NCBI RefSeq assembly: GCF_035910975.1
Contig: NZ_JAMHWM010000026.1
Span: 63,042-127,041, forward strand
Origin: Sphingomonas sp.
Lineage (GTDB): Bacteria; Pseudomonadota; Alphaproteobacteria; Sphingomonadales; Sphingomonadaceae
DNA: 64,000 nt
Direction: 5' to 3'
Below the pieces are notes generated by a model, which was not told the origin of the DNA, made no database searches, and saw nothing but the letters and a program-made list of their open reading frames with translations. Both the position numbers and the translations under genes were made by a program. Positions 38,364-50,869 of this stretch are shown piece by piece; within the stretch, counting starts at the first letter, position 1, and each line of letters begins with the position of its first letter.

Positions 38364-39257
38364 GTGCCCGCGCTGCCCAACCCCGTGACGCTCGCCATCC
38401 CTGCCTTCGTGCTCCTGGTGATGGCGGAGATGGTCGTCGCGCGCTTCCGCGATCGCAGCCGTTTCTGCCCGCGCGACACGCTGACCTCGCTCGCGCTCGG
38501 GCTCGGCAGCACCATCGCGGGCGTGCTGTCGGCGGGCCTCGTCTTCGCGCTCGCCGTCTGGATCCACCAGTATCGGCTGTTCGACATCGGCTGGGCGTGG
38601 TGGGCGTTCGTGCTCGCCTTCGTCCTCGACGATCTTGCCTATTACTGGTTCCACCGGACGGCGCACCGCGTGCGCTGGTTCTGGGCGAGCCACGTCGTCC
38701 ACCATTCCAGCCAGCACTATAACCTGTCGACCGCGCTGCGGCAGACGTGGACCGGCTTCGTCAGCCTCGCCTTCCTGTTCCGCCTGCCCCTGTTCCTGAT
38801 CGGCTTTCCGCCGGCCATGGTCTTCTTCGTGGCCGGGCTGAACCTCGTGTACCAGTTCTGGATCCACACGGAGACGGTGGGTCGCATGCCACGCTGGGTC
38901 GAGGCGGTGATGAACACGCCGTCGCACCACCGCGTGCACCACGCAACCAACCCGCGCTATCTCGACCGCAACTATGCCGGGGTATTTATCGTGTGGGACC
39001 GGATGTTCGGCACCTACACGCCCGAGGTCGACGAGGAGCGCCCCCGCTACGGTATCGTCCGCAACCTCGGCAGCTTCAACCTGATCTGGGCGGCGTTCCA
39101 CGAATGGATCGGCATCGCCAAGGACGTATGGGCGGCGCCCTGGGGATCGAAGCTCGGCTATGTCTGGCGCGAACCCGGCTGGAGCCACGACGGCAGCCGC
39201 GAGACATCGGATGTCATCCGGGAAAAGTGGGAGGCGTCCAGAACCCGTTCGGGCTGA
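38364..39257 (+). CDS. Sterol desaturase/fatty acid hydroxylase superfamily protein (AGMO-like)
   Basis: His boxes YYWFHRTAH, HVVHHSS, WIHTE and HHRVHH; RNYAGVFIVWDRMFGT; GTG start 38364. Confidence 0.88.
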   Translation: MPALPNPVTLAIPAFVLLVMAEMVVARFRDRSRFCPRDTLTSLALGLGSTIAGVLSAGLVFALAVWIHQYRLFDIGWAWWAFVLAFVLDDLAYYWFHRTAHRVRWFWASHVVHHSSQHYNLSTALRQTWTGFVSLAFLFRLPLFLIGFPPAMVFFVAGLNLVYQFWIHTETVGRMPRWVEAVMNTPSHHRVHHATNPRYLDRNYAGVFIVWDRMFGTYTPEVDEERPRYGIVRNLGSFNLIWAAFHEWIGIAKDVWAAPWGSKLGYVWREPGWSHDGSRETSDVIREKWEASRTRSG

Positions 39258-39341
39258 GCCTGTCGAAGCCCTGTCCTTTTCTTCGGCTCACAGCTTGCGG
39301 CGCGAAGAGGGGCAGCCCTTCGACAGACTCAGGGCAAACGG
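39245..39341. repeat. REP/REPIN-like element, family A
   Basis: CCGTTCGGGCTGAGCCTGTCGAAGCCC … GCCCTTCGACAGACTCAGGGCAAACGG; contains the desaturase stop codon. Confidence 0.85.
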
Positions 39342-39349
39342 CGTAGGGC

Positions 39350-39652
39350 TCACTTCAGCAGCTTCGGCCCCTCGCGGCCCAGCACGTCCCTGATCTTGCC
39401 CGCGAACATCGCCAGGAACGGCGGCAGTTCGACCTTCAGGTGAACCTTGTCCTCCAGCACGTCGAGCGTGGTCGCCGCGCGCTGGCCCATCGCGGCAACG
39501 GTGAAGTGCAGCCGGTCGCCGTCCCAGCGATGCTCGGTCACCTTGCCGCCGGGGATATAGCTCTCCAGCCTGCCGATGCCCCCGGCGATCCGCGCCTTTG
39601 CCGCCTCGCGTCCCAGACTGTGGGCGATGTCGAGTTCGACGGGATCGGTCAT
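39350..39652 (-). CDS. Polyhydroxyalkanoic acid system protein family (PHA_gran_rgn-like)
   Basis: IAHSLGREAAKARI…WDGDRLHFTV…LEDKVHLKVELPPFL; 100 aa. Confidence 0.75.
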   Translation of the reverse strand: MTDPVELDIAHSLGREAAKARIAGGIGRLESYIPGGKVTEHRWDGDRLHFTVAAMGQRAATTLDVLEDKVHLKVELPPFLAMFAGKIRDVLGREGPKLLK

Positions 39653-40083
39653 CAGGCGGCCTTTTCGGTTGCGAACAGCATCGAATCATCGGCGAACGCC
39701 TTGAATTCAAGCGCGTTCCCCGACGGATCGCGAAAGAACATCGTCGCCTGCTCGCCCGGCTCGCCCCTGAAACGGATATAGGGCGCGATGCCGAACATCG
39801 TGCCGGCCGCCGTCAGCCGGTCGGCCAGCGACTGCCAGTCCGCCATCGTCAGCACGATGCCGAAATGCGGTACCGGCACATGGTGCCCGTCGACCGCGTT
39901 CTCAACCGCGACCGGCTGCGCCGCCGGATCGAGATGCGTGACGATCTGGTGGCCGTAGAAGTCGAAATCGATCCACTGGTCCGAAGACCGCCCCTCCGCA
40001 CATCCCATCACGCGCCCGTAGAAGTCCCGCGCGGCGGCGAGATCGTGGACCGGAAAGGCGAGGTGGAAGGGGCGCAGCGTCAT
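39652..40083 (-). CDS. VOC/glyoxalase family protein
   Basis: [24 protein letters not shown] and [10 protein letters not shown]; start ATG 40083. Confidence 0.88.
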   Translation of the reverse strand: MTLRPFHLAFPVHDLAAARDFYGRVMGCAEGRSSDQWIDFDFYGHQIVTHLDPAAQPVAVENAVDGHHVPVPHFGIVLTMADWQSLADRLTAAGTMFGIAPYIRFRGEPGEQATMFFRDPSGNALEFKAFADDSMLFATEKAA

Positions 40084-40148
40084 GCCCGCCTGATACACCG
40101 GCGACAGGGCTGGTGACAATCGATCGTCGCCGACCCATAGCGCATGCG

Positions 40149-41696
40149 ATGCGTTTCGTGCTTCCCATCCTGCTCGGCGCCATCGCCGCCACCGGGTTCG
40201 CCCCGCTGGAACTGGTGCCGCTGACGATCGTCGCGGTCGCGCTGTGGCTGCGGCTGGTGCACGATGCGCCCGACCTGAAACGCGCGCTGCTCGCCGGCTG
40301 GCTGTTCGGCGTGGGCCATTTCACGGTCAACAACAACTGGATCCAGCACGCCTTCGACTATCAGGACAAGATGCCGCCGGTGCTGGGATATGGCGCGGTC
40401 GTCGGCCTGGCGTTCTACCTCGCCGTCTATCCCGCGATCGCCGCCGGGCTGCTCTGGCGCCTCGCGAGTCCGCGCAGCCGCGGCGACCGGATCACCCGGC
40501 CCGGCCTCGCCTTCGCGCTGGTCGCGGGCGCCGCATGGATCGCGGGCGAATGGCTGCGCTCGACACTATTCACCGGCTATGCCTGGAACCCGCTCTCGGT
40601 CACCTGGGTGCCGGTGCAGCCGATCGCCGGCCTCGCCGCCTGGATCGGCACCTATGCGCTGTCGGGCCTGACGGTCGCGGCCGCCGCGCTGCTGCTGCTC
40701 GTGCCGCGCCGCCCGCTGCCGCTCATCCTCGCGAGCCTCGCGGTGATCGCGCCGGTGCCGCTGGCCATGATGAGCTACCGCACCGCGCCGCCGACCGTCG
40801 CCGCCGATGCGCCGCGCCTTCGCGTCGTCCAGCCCAACATCGACCAGGTCGTCGATGTGACGCCCGCGCACGGCCGCCACGTGCTGCTGACGCTCGCGGG
40901 GCTGTCGGGCACGCCCGGCTCCGCACCGCGCCTGCTGCTGTGGCCCGAAGGCGCGGTCGATCCCTATCTGGAGGACGGCTATCCGCCCTATGCCTACTGG
41001 CGCGGCTCGCCGGTCGCGACGCGCGGCGTGATCGCCCGGCTGCTCGGCCCGCGCGATGCCGCGCTGGTCGGCGGCACCGCGCTGATGTTCGACAAGGACG
41101 GCGTGATCGATGAAGCCGGCAATTCGATCTTCGTCGTCCGCCCTAACGCACGCCTCGCCGGCCGTTACGACAAGGCGCATCTGGTGCCTTATGGCGAGTA
41201 TCTGCCGATGCGCACGATCCTCGAACCGCTCGGCCTGTCGCGACTGGTGGCGGGCGAGATAGATTTCGCCGACGGCCCCGGCCCGCGCTCGCTCCCTGTC
41301 GCGCCGTTCGGCGATATCGGCATGCAGGTCTGTTACGAAATCATCTTCTCCGGCCAGGTGGTCGATCCGGCGAAGCGCCCGGCGCTGATCTTCAACCCGT
41401 CGAACGATGCCTGGTTCGGCAGCTGGGGTCCGCCCCAGCATCTGGCGCAGGCTCGGATGCGCGCGATCGAGGAAGGGCTGCCGGTAGCCCGCTCGACGCC
41501 CAACGGCATCTCGGCGGTGATCGGCGCCGACGGCCGGCTGGTCGCCACCGTGCCCCGCCACACGGCCGGCGCAATCGAGGTGCCTTTGCCGCCCGCCGCT
41601 CCGCCGACTCTGTTCTCGCGGATCGGCAACTGGGCGGCGGCGATCGTCGCGCTGCTGCTGCTCGCCGGCGCGCTAGTGGTCCGCCGGCGGCGTTGA
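40149..41696 (+). CDS. lnt: Apolipoprotein N-acyltransferase
   Basis: Multiple TMs, [31 protein letters not shown] and SNDAWFG. Confidence 0.95.
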   Translation: MRFVLPILLGAIAATGFAPLELVPLTIVAVALWLRLVHDAPDLKRALLAGWLFGVGHFTVNNNWIQHAFDYQDKMPPVLGYGAVVGLAFYLAVYPAIAAGLLWRLASPRSRGDRITRPGLAFALVAGAAWIAGEWLRSTLFTGYAWNPLSVTWVPVQPIAGLAAWIGTYALSGLTVAAAALLLLVPRRPLPLILASLAVIAPVPLAMMSYRTAPPTVAADAPRLRVVQPNIDQVVDVTPAHGRHVLLTLAGLSGTPGSAPRLLLWPEGAVDPYLEDGYPPYAYWRGSPVATRGVIARLLGPRDAALVGGTALMFDKDGVIDEAGNSIFVVRPNARLAGRYDKAHLVPYGEYLPMRTILEPLGLSRLVAGEIDFADGPGPRSLPVAPFGDIGMQVCYEIIFSGQVVDPAKRPALIFNPSNDAWFGSWGPPQHLAQARMRAIEEGLPVARSTPNGISAVIGADGRLVATVPRHTAGAIEVPLPPAAPPTLFSRIGNWAAAIVALLLLAGALVVRRRR

Positions 41697-41722
41697 CGCG
41701 AGAGGACCGCGCGCCTAGGGGC

Positions 41723-41744
41723 GATATAAGGAAAGCTTTATATC
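41723..41744. promoter_or_regulatory. Palindromic operator upstream of metK (SahR-type)
   Basis: GATATAAGGAAAGCTTTATATC, i.e. ATATAA(A/G)G-N4-CTTTATAT; AT-rich in a GC-rich context. Confidence 0.65.
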
Positions 41745-41798
41745 GAAGGGCATGGCAACGGCCCTATGCTTTCCCTCGCCCCATTCTCGAGGAAAACC

Positions 41799-43013
<1,215 letters not shown>

Positions 43014-43037
43014 CGGCGGCTTGCGTTTGGCGTTTTC

Positions 43038-43069
43038 GGCGGCGTCCGCCCAGCGGGGCGGACGCCGCC
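43038..43069. terminator. Strong hairpin between the convergent metK and gdhA genes
   Basis: GGCGGCGTCCGCCC-AGCG-GGGCGGACGCCGCC, 14-bp stem. Confidence 0.6.
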
Positions 43070-43075
43070 TGCCGC

Positions 43076-44422
<1,347 letters not shown>

Positions 44423-44640
44423 GGCTCCCGACGAACTTTCGCCGGGTTCCTGCGGAAAAAAGGCATCTGGCGCCAGAAAATTTCGCTAGCCGCCTAGCAT
44501 CAGGAAATTTCTCTGCGCGCGCCATCGTCGGGTGGGCAAGCGCGGGACGCCCCGGACGGACGAGACGATGCGCCGCCGTAACAACCAGCGAGGCGCCCGG
44601 CGGTTGCGGCGACGCGAACGCGGGCCTATCGGCGCTCGCC

Positions 44641-45321
44641 ATGGTCGATCCCGCCAGCCACCGCCAACTCTATGGCCGCCGCGCCGGCCACAAGCTGCGC
44701 GCCGGTCAGGCCGAGCTTCTCGAGGACCTGTTGCCGCGCGTGTCGGTGCCCGACAGCGGCGCCCTCGACGCGACGACGCTGTTCGGTCGCGACGTTCCGC
44801 TCGAGTTCGAGATCGGCTTCGGCGCAGGCGAGCACCTGGCGGGGCAGGCGGCGATGCGGCCGGGCCACGGCTTCATCGGCTGCGAGCCGTTCCTGAACGG
44901 CGTGGTCGGCGCGCTTCTGCACATCCGCAACGAGCGCCTCGACAACGTCCGCCTGCACATGGGCAATGCGATCGATGTGCTCGACCGGCTGCCCGATGCC
45001 AGCCTCGACCGGCTGTACCTGCTCCACCCCGATCCCTGGCCCAAGCCGCGCCATGCCAAGCGCCGCATGGTCAACGACGGTCCGCTCGATCTGATCGCCG
45101 CCAAGCTCAAGCCCGGCGCCGAGTTCCGGCTGGGCACCGACGATCCGACCTATTGTGCCCACGCCATGATGGTGATGAACCGCCGCCGGGATTTCCTGTG
45201 GCAGGCGCGCGAGGCGTCGGACTTCCTGACCCGCCCCGCCGACTGGCCCGAAACCCGCTACGAACGCAAGGCGCGACGCAAGGGGCATGAGGTCTGGTAT
45301 TTCAGGTATATCCGGCGCTGA
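44641..45321 (+). CDS. trmB: tRNA (guanine-N7)-methyltransferase
   Basis: EIGFGAGEH, GCEPFLNG, LLHPDPWPKPRHAKRR, GTDDP and TRYERKA. Confidence 0.95.
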   Translation: MVDPASHRQLYGRRAGHKLRAGQAELLEDLLPRVSVPDSGALDATTLFGRDVPLEFEIGFGAGEHLAGQAAMRPGHGFIGCEPFLNGVVGALLHIRNERLDNVRLHMGNAIDVLDRLPDASLDRLYLLHPDPWPKPRHAKRRMVNDGPLDLIAAKLKPGAEFRLGTDDPTYCAHAMMVMNRRRDFLWQAREASDFLTRPADWPETRYERKARRKGHEVWYFRYIRR

Positions 45322-45468
45322 TCCGGGCGCTGGTCTTCCTGCGAAATTGCTCGCCGCGACCGGACGCTCGCCCGGGTGATGACCGGGGGCGACTCCGCCC
45401 CGCATGCCGCCCGAACTTTTCCCGATTCGACGCTTTCATGGCGCGAGCGATCGGCTAGGGTCGTCGCA

Positions 45469-46416
45469 ATGGCGGAAGATATCGCGATCTCGGGAGAGCG
45501 GACCGGGCACCGGCTGGCGTCGAACTCCGCGCGCCGCGCGCTCGACATCCTGGGCGATCGCTGGACGCTGATGATCCTCTATCTCGCGTTCACGCGGGTG
45601 CGGCGGTTCGACGAGTTCCAGGCGCGCATCGGCCTGGCACGCAGCCTGCTGACCGACCGCCTGCGGCGGCTGGAGGCGAGCGGGGTGCTGCGTCGCCAGC
45701 GCTATCAGGAACGCCCCCCGCGCGACGAATATCGCCTCACCGAAATGGGCACCGACCTGTTCGGCGCGGCGCTGATGATCATCCGCTGGGAAAAGCGCTG
45801 GTTTCCCGATCCCCAGGTCGGCGCGCACCGCATCCGCCACAATTGTGGGCGCGAATTCACCCCCGAACTGCGCTGCGCCTGCTGTGGCGAGCAGGTCGCC
45901 GCCCGCGACGTGTCGGCGGCCGACGGCCCCGGCGCCGGGCTGGAGCCCCCCGCCCGGCCGCGCGCGCAGCGCCGCTCGACCGTCGAACGCGGCGAACTCG
46001 CGCCTGAGGAAAAGATGCTCGAACGCGCGATCGAGGTGCTCGGCGATCGCTGGACCGCGCAGACGATCGCCTCCGCCTTCACCGGCAAGCGCCGCTTCAA
46101 CGCGCTGCAGGCCGAGCTCGGCGTTGCGCCCAACATCCTGTCGGAACGCCTCGCGCGGCTGGTCGATCTCGGCGTGCTCGACCGCCGCCGCTATCAGGAG
46201 CGGCCCGAGCGGTTCGAATATGCGTTGACGCCCGAGGGGCTCGACCTGTTCCCGCTGATCCTCGAGTTGATCCGCTGGGGCGATCGCTGGCTGGCGGGCA
46301 CGGCGGGGCCGCCGCAGATCATCACCCACCGCCCCTGCGGAAACCGGCTGGAGCCCCGGATCACCTGCGACCAGTGCGGTGAGGCGGTGACGGTGCTGTC
46401 GACCCGTTTCGACTAG
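45469..46416 (+). CDS. Tandem-duplicated HxlR-family winged-helix regulator
   Basis: Two units (LDILGDRWT…RRFDEF…L..RLRRLE; IEVLGDRWT…RRFNAL…LSERLARLV), each followed by H..C…CxxC; ATG 45469. Confidence 0.88.
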   Translation: MAEDIAISGERTGHRLASNSARRALDILGDRWTLMILYLAFTRVRRFDEFQARIGLARSLLTDRLRRLEASGVLRRQRYQERPPRDEYRLTEMGTDLFGAALMIIRWEKRWFPDPQVGAHRIRHNCGREFTPELRCACCGEQVAARDVSAADGPGAGLEPPARPRAQRRSTVERGELAPEEKMLERAIEVLGDRWTAQTIASAFTGKRRFNALQAELGVAPNILSERLARLVDLGVLDRRRYQERPERFEYALTPEGLDLFPLILELIRWGDRWLAGTAGPPQIITHRPCGNRLEPRITCDQCGEAVTVLSTRFD

Positions 46417-46428
46417 GTCCGGCAAGGT

Positions 46429-46842
46429 TCAGCCAGAGAGCGCCGCCAGCCATGCCGGCGCCGAATCGCCGCCGCGCAGCCGCTCCATCCGCCGGGTATC
46501 GATATAGTCGCGCCACGCGGCGATCAGCTCGCCGCGAAACTCGATCACCGCGGCATAGGGCATCGCCACCACGGTGCCGTCGGTGCGGGTATAGGCGTCC
46601 ACGCCTTCCGCAAACAACCGGTCGCCGCTTTCGGCATGGTGCAGGATGCGCCAGCGCGTTTCCGCCATGTCGCCGCGCAGCTGCTCCAGGAAGGCACGCA
46701 CCGCCGCCTTGCCCATCAGCGGTGGAAACGCGCCGACCGCCACGTGCCAGACCACATCGTCGGCCATGCCGGCGAGCGCGCCGTCGATGTCCCCCGCATT
46801 CCACGCCGCGATCACCGCCGCGAAGCGATCGGCGTGGCTCAA
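46429..46842 (-). CDS. NTF2/SnoaL-fold protein, limonene-1,2-epoxide hydrolase-like
   Basis: AWNAGD…DDVVWH…FAEGVD…IAAWRDYID. Confidence 0.75.
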   Translation of the reverse strand: MSHADRFAAVIAAWNAGDIDGALAGMADDVVWHVAVGAFPPLMGKAAVRAFLEQLRGDMAETRWRILHHAESGDRLFAEGVDAYTRTDGTVVAMPYAAVIEFRGELIAAWRDYIDTRRMERLRGGDSAPAWLAALSG

Positions 46843-48533
46843 CCGATCATCTCCAGCACCTGTTCGCGCAGGTGACGGCGCGACACCTTGTTCATCGCGT
46901 TGCGCGGGAGGGCATCGACCGTGACCAGCTGTTCGGGCAGCTTGAACCGCGCTAGTCCCTGCTCCTCCAGCCAGCCGGCGATATCACCCAGCGCCGGGGC
47001 GGCACCATCGACCGGAACCACCGCCGCGCACATCCGCTCGCCCAGCCGCTCGTCAGGCACACCGACCACGGCGGCTTCCCTGACCATCGGATGGCCGGCG
47101 AGCAGGTCGTCGATCTCGGCGGGCGAGATGTTCACGCCGCCGCGCACGATGATGTCCTTGCAGCGCCCGACGAAGCGGTAGAAGCGGGGCGTCTCGCCCT
47201 CACCCGCGATCTCGAACAGGTCACCGGTGCGATAATAGCCCTGCGCGTCGAACGCGTTCGCGGTCGTCCCAGGGTTGTTCCAATATCCGCCGAACGTCGC
47301 CGCACCCTGGAACCGCAGCTCGCCGGGCCGGCCGGGTTCGGTGATGTCCTCCTCGCTGTCGAGATCGACCAGCCGGGTCGAGATCATCGCGTTCGATCGG
47401 CTGTCCGGCCAGTCGATCCCCTCGACGCCCATGCGCGGAAAATAGCGCGCGCGATCGTGATGGTCGGGCACCTGCCGGGCGTCGCTGAACAGCGATGCGC
47501 CCTCGTTCGACCCGTAGATGTTGCACACCTCGATCCCGTGGTCCTTCGCAAACCCCTCGATCATCCACGGGCTGAGCGGCGCCGATCCCGATCCGATCGC
47601 CCGCAGCGACGACAGGTCGCACGCGTCCATCAGCCCTGGCGTCTTGAGCAGCGCGTTGAGGATCGCCGGCGCGGCGATCGTGTAGTTCACCCGTTCGGCG
47701 GCGATCTGCGCCAGATAGACCTTCAGGTCGAACGGGTGGTGCAGCACCAATGTGCCGCGGTGCATCAGCCACGGCGTCACCAGCCCGAACGACCCGATGT
47801 TGACCAGCGGGAAGGGGTTGAGCAGCACCTCGCCCTCGCGGATGTCGGCAGCCTCCGCCACCATCTCGCCGTTGACGATCCAGTGGTTCATGTCGCGCGG
47901 CACGCCCTTCGGCCGCGCCTCGGTGCCCGACGTCCAGAAGATCGTGAACACCTCAGCCGGCCGGATCGGCCGGGCATCGTGATAGGCGGCGGCCTCGACC
48001 GGGTCCGCGCTCGCGATGCGCGCGTCGAAATCGATCGTACCGTCGGGCGCGCCGCCGCCGTGGATCAGGACATGCTCGACCCCCGTCGCCAGCGCCATCG
48101 CGGCGTGATCGTGCCCGGCGAAGCGCGCCAGCGTGACGATTGCCCTGGGCTTCACCGTATCGACGACATAGCCCAGTTCGTGCGCGCGATACGGCATCAC
48201 CACCGGCGAGATGACGACCCCGATCCGCGAACAGGCCAGCGCCAGCACCACCGTCTCGCTGATGTTGGGCAGCTGGTAGGTCAGGACATCGTCCTTCCCA
48301 AGCCCGATGCCGAGCAGCGCGGCGGCGACGCGATCGACTTCCTCGCCCAGTTCGCCCCAGGTGAAGCGCCGCACCGCGCCGCCGTCCAGTTCGGCGCGGT
48401 TCATCGGATCGACCAGCGCCAGCCGTTCGGGCACCTCGCCCCGGTTGCGCTGCATCCAGTCGTCGAGCGTCAGGTCGCCCCACCAGCCCCGGGCGGTGAA
48501 GTCGTCGATCCGCGCCTGCGGGGTCAGTTGCAC
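46839..48533 (-). CDS. Class I adenylate-forming enzyme (acyl/aryl-CoA ligase)
   Basis: WTSGTEARPKG, YGSNEG, YYRTGDL, GRCKDIIVRGG and LPRNAMNK. Confidence 0.9.
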   Translation of the reverse strand: MQLTPQARIDDFTARGWWGDLTLDDWMQRNRGEVPERLALVDPMNRAELDGGAVRRFTWGELGEEVDRVAAALLGIGLGKDDVLTYQLPNISETVVLALACSRIGVVISPVVMPYRAHELGYVVDTVKPRAIVTLARFAGHDHAAMALATGVEHVLIHGGGAPDGTIDFDARIASADPVEAAAYHDARPIRPAEVFTIFWTSGTEARPKGVPRDMNHWIVNGEMVAEAADIREGEVLLNPFPLVNIGSFGLVTPWLMHRGTLVLHHPFDLKVYLAQIAAERVNYTIAAPAILNALLKTPGLMDACDLSSLRAIGSGSAPLSPWMIEGFAKDHGIEVCNIYGSNEGASLFSDARQVPDHHDRARYFPRMGVEGIDWPDSRSNAMISTRLVDLDSEEDITEPGRPGELRFQGAATFGGYWNNPGTTANAFDAQGYYRTGDLFEIAGEGETPRFYRFVGRCKDIIVRGGVNISPAEIDDLLAGHPMVREAAVVGVPDERLGERMCAAVVPVDGAAPALGDIAGWLEEQGLARFKLPEQLVTVDALPRNAMNKVSRRHLREQVLEMIG

Positions 48534-48565
48534 TCTACCTCTCCATCCTCATCAGGTCCCCAACC

Positions 48566-48643
48566 CCGTTCGTGCTGAGCTTGTCGAAGCACCGTCCTTG
48601 TTCGAGAGGACGTGCGGCCCTTCGACAAGCGCGGGCCGAACGG
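48566..48643. repeat. REP/REPIN-like element, family A
   Basis: CCGTTCGTGCTGAGCTTGTCGAAGCAC … GCCCTTCGACAAGCGCGGGCCGAACGG. Confidence 0.85.
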
Positions 48644-48656
48644 GAGAAGGGACGTC

Positions 48657-49454
48657 TCACGCCCGCTTGGGCGGCCACGGTACGAAACCGCTGGTCCGTG
48701 CGATATAGTCGGCATAGCCCGGCTTGGTCTTGCGCATGCGGAATTCCAGCGTCGGCGCGCCCGACCATTTCATCAGAGTCCAGGTCAGCAGCACCGGCCC
48801 CGGCAGCGCAAGCCAGCCGAGCGGGGTTTCCGCACCGATCAGGAACAGCCCCCACCACACACAGGCGTCGCCGAAGTAGTTGGGGTGCCGGGTATAGCGC
48901 CACAGACCCGTCGACAGCACCTGCCCCGCGTTCGCCGGGTTCTTGCGGAAAACGGTCAGCTGCCAGTCGCCGATGCTTTCGAAGATGATGCCGAACACCG
49001 CCAGCGCGGCACCAACGTAGGCAAGCGTGCCCAGCGCGACCGGCTCCGCCTGGATCTGCCCCAGCATCACCGGCAGCGCGACGATGAACTGCAGCGGCGC
49101 CTGGGTGGCGAACACCAGCCAGAACGACGCCCTGGCATAGCCCCAGCCGCGCTTGTCCTGCGCCTTCTCCATCATCCGCACATAGCGCCGGTCGGGGCCG
49201 TGATCGCGCCACCGCCAGAACAGATATCCGCCCAGCCGGATCGCCCAGATCGCGCAGATCACGGTCAGCAGCCAGCGCCGGTCGGTCGCCACCTCCATCT
49301 GCGCGAAGGTCGCGATCGCCAGCACCATCATGCCCAGCGCCCACCAGGCATCCACCATCGTCACGTCGCGGATCGACGCGCAGATCGCCCACATCATCGT
49401 GAAAGCGATGACGACGGTCACCGCGTCGATCGCCAGGATTCTAATGACGTCCAT
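48657..49454 (-). CDS. DUF1295 / steroid 5-alpha-reductase-like membrane protein
   Basis: True start ATG 49454; VDAWWALG, DRRY, ESIGDWQL and GLWRYTRHPNYFGD. Confidence 0.88.
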   Translation of the reverse strand: MDVIRILAIDAVTVVIAFTMMWAICASIRDVTMVDAWWALGMMVLAIATFAQMEVATDRRWLLTVICAIWAIRLGGYLFWRWRDHGPDRRYVRMMEKAQDKRGWGYARASFWLVFATQAPLQFIVALPVMLGQIQAEPVALGTLAYVGAALAVFGIIFESIGDWQLTVFRKNPANAGQVLSTGLWRYTRHPNYFGDACVWWGLFLIGAETPLGWLALPGPVLLTWTLMKWSGAPTLEFRMRKTKPGYADYIARTSGFVPWPPKRA

Positions 49455-49467
49455 ATTCCCTCCCCCG

Positions 49468-49545
49468 GTGCTCCCGCGCAGGCGGGAGCCTAGAGCCACA
49501 CAGGACAGCATTTGCGGCCCTGGGCTCCCGCCTGCGCGGGAGCAC
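49468..49545. repeat. REP/REPIN-like element, family B, intact
   Basis: GTGCTCCCGCGCAGGCGGGAGCCTAG … CTGGGCTCCCGCCTGCGCGGGAGCAC, near-perfect inverted arms. Confidence 0.88.
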
Positions 49546-49558
49546 GGCGGTATGTCGA

Positions 49559-50323
49559 TCAACGCCCCGTGCTGATCGTCTCCATGTCCAGCATCCGTGC
49601 CAGCGCGCGTTCCTGCGCCTTGGGATCACGCGCCTTGTGGGCGCGGACCTCGATAGCCATGCGGTCGGTGTCGATCTCGTCGGTGCCGCGCTTGATCGCC
49701 GACAGGCCGATCTTCGCGATGTCAGCCGGCGTTTCCTTGGCGCCGGCGACGTGCGCGGCCATCCGCGTATCGACCGAACCGACGATCAGCGCCGACACGC
49801 TCGTCCCCTGTTTCGCCAGTTCGGCGCGGATCGATGTGCTCGCCGCGCGCGCCGCGAACTTCGACGGGCTGTATCCGCCCATCGCCGGCACCGCGACGAC
49901 GCCGCCCGATGACAGGATGTTGACGATCGCCCCGCCGCCATTGGCCTTCAGCGCAGGCGCGAAGGCGCGGCACATGCCGAGCAGGCCGAAGTAGTTGACC
50001 TCCATCTCCTCGCGCGCGGCGTCCATCGTCTCGGCGCCGATCAACCGCTGGTTGAGGAACGCGCCGGCATTGTTGACGACGATGGTGACATCGGTCGCCG
50101 CCTTCGCGGCCGCGGCGATCTGGTCGGGCCTGGCGACGTCGAGCGTCAACGCGACGACCTTCCCCTGTCCCTCCTCGACCAGATGCTGCGCGTTCGCCGG
50201 ATCGCGGCTGCCGACATAGACCTTCGCCGCACCACCCGCGATCAGCGCGCGGACGAACGCCTCGCCGATCCCGCGATTGCCCCCGGTGACGATCGCCACC
50301 GATCCCTCGATAGGCGTCGCCAC
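49559..50323 (-). CDS. Short-chain dehydrogenase/reductase
   Basis: TGGNRGIG, NNAG and YSPSK. Confidence 0.92.
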   Translation of the reverse strand: MATPIEGSVAIVTGGNRGIGEAFVRALIAGGAAKVYVGSRDPANAQHLVEEGQGKVVALTLDVARPDQIAAAAKAATDVTIVVNNAGAFLNQRLIGAETMDAAREEMEVNYFGLLGMCRAFAPALKANGGGAIVNILSSGGVVAVPAMGGYSPSKFAARAASTSIRAELAKQGTSVSALIVGSVDTRMAAHVAGAKETPADIAKIGLSAIKRGTDEIDTDRMAIEVRAHKARDPKAQERALARMLDMETISTGR

Positions 50324-50324
50324 G

Positions 50325-50858
50325 TCAGGCCGCCCGCGAACTGTACAGCACGTCGGCCGGATGCTTGGCGCCGCGCACCAGCTCGGTGCCGTCGGGGAAC
50401 ATCATCCCCCGGCCCCAGCTTTCGGCGAACGGCATCTCGTGGTTCCATTCCCACGCCAGCCGGCGGTGCGCGATCTTCCACTGGCCGTCGCGGCGCTCGA
50501 ACCGGTCGATCGCGCGGGCCAGCGTCAGCGTGTCGAATTTCTCGCCGCCCTTCTCCTTCATCCGCGCAAAGGCCAGGATGTAATGCTCGGCGTGGGCGAC
50601 GTCGCCGTCCAGTTCGATGACGATATTGGTCGCCAGGTGGTTCATGATCCCGCCCCTGGGCAGCATCTTCGCCATCAACGCCACATAGTCGCTGGCGGGT
50701 CCGTTGTAGACGCCGCCGTGATCCTCGATCGCGTCGGGGTGATAGGCATCGGCGATCAGCGCGATCTCCGCCCGGTCGGCGCCGCGCAGGTACAGGTTGA
50801 TGACGTCGGTGATCGCCTGCTTGTCCAGCAGCGCCTGGATTTCGGGCGGAAGGCTCAT
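50325..50858 (-). CDS. SnoaL_4/NTF2-like protein (LinA/BaiE dehydratase-like)
   Basis: ITDVINLYLRGADR, YHPDAIEDHG, NHLATN and DRFERRDGQWKIAHRR; ATG 50858. Confidence 0.8.
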   Translation of the reverse strand: MSLPPEIQALLDKQAITDVINLYLRGADRAEIALIADAYHPDAIEDHGGVYNGPASDYVALMAKMLPRGGIMNHLATNIVIELDGDVAHAEHYILAFARMKEKGGEKFDTLTLARAIDRFERRDGQWKIAHRRLAWEWNHEMPFAESWGRGMMFPDGTELVRGAKHPADVLYSSRAA

Positions 50859-50869
50859 CGATTTTCCTC

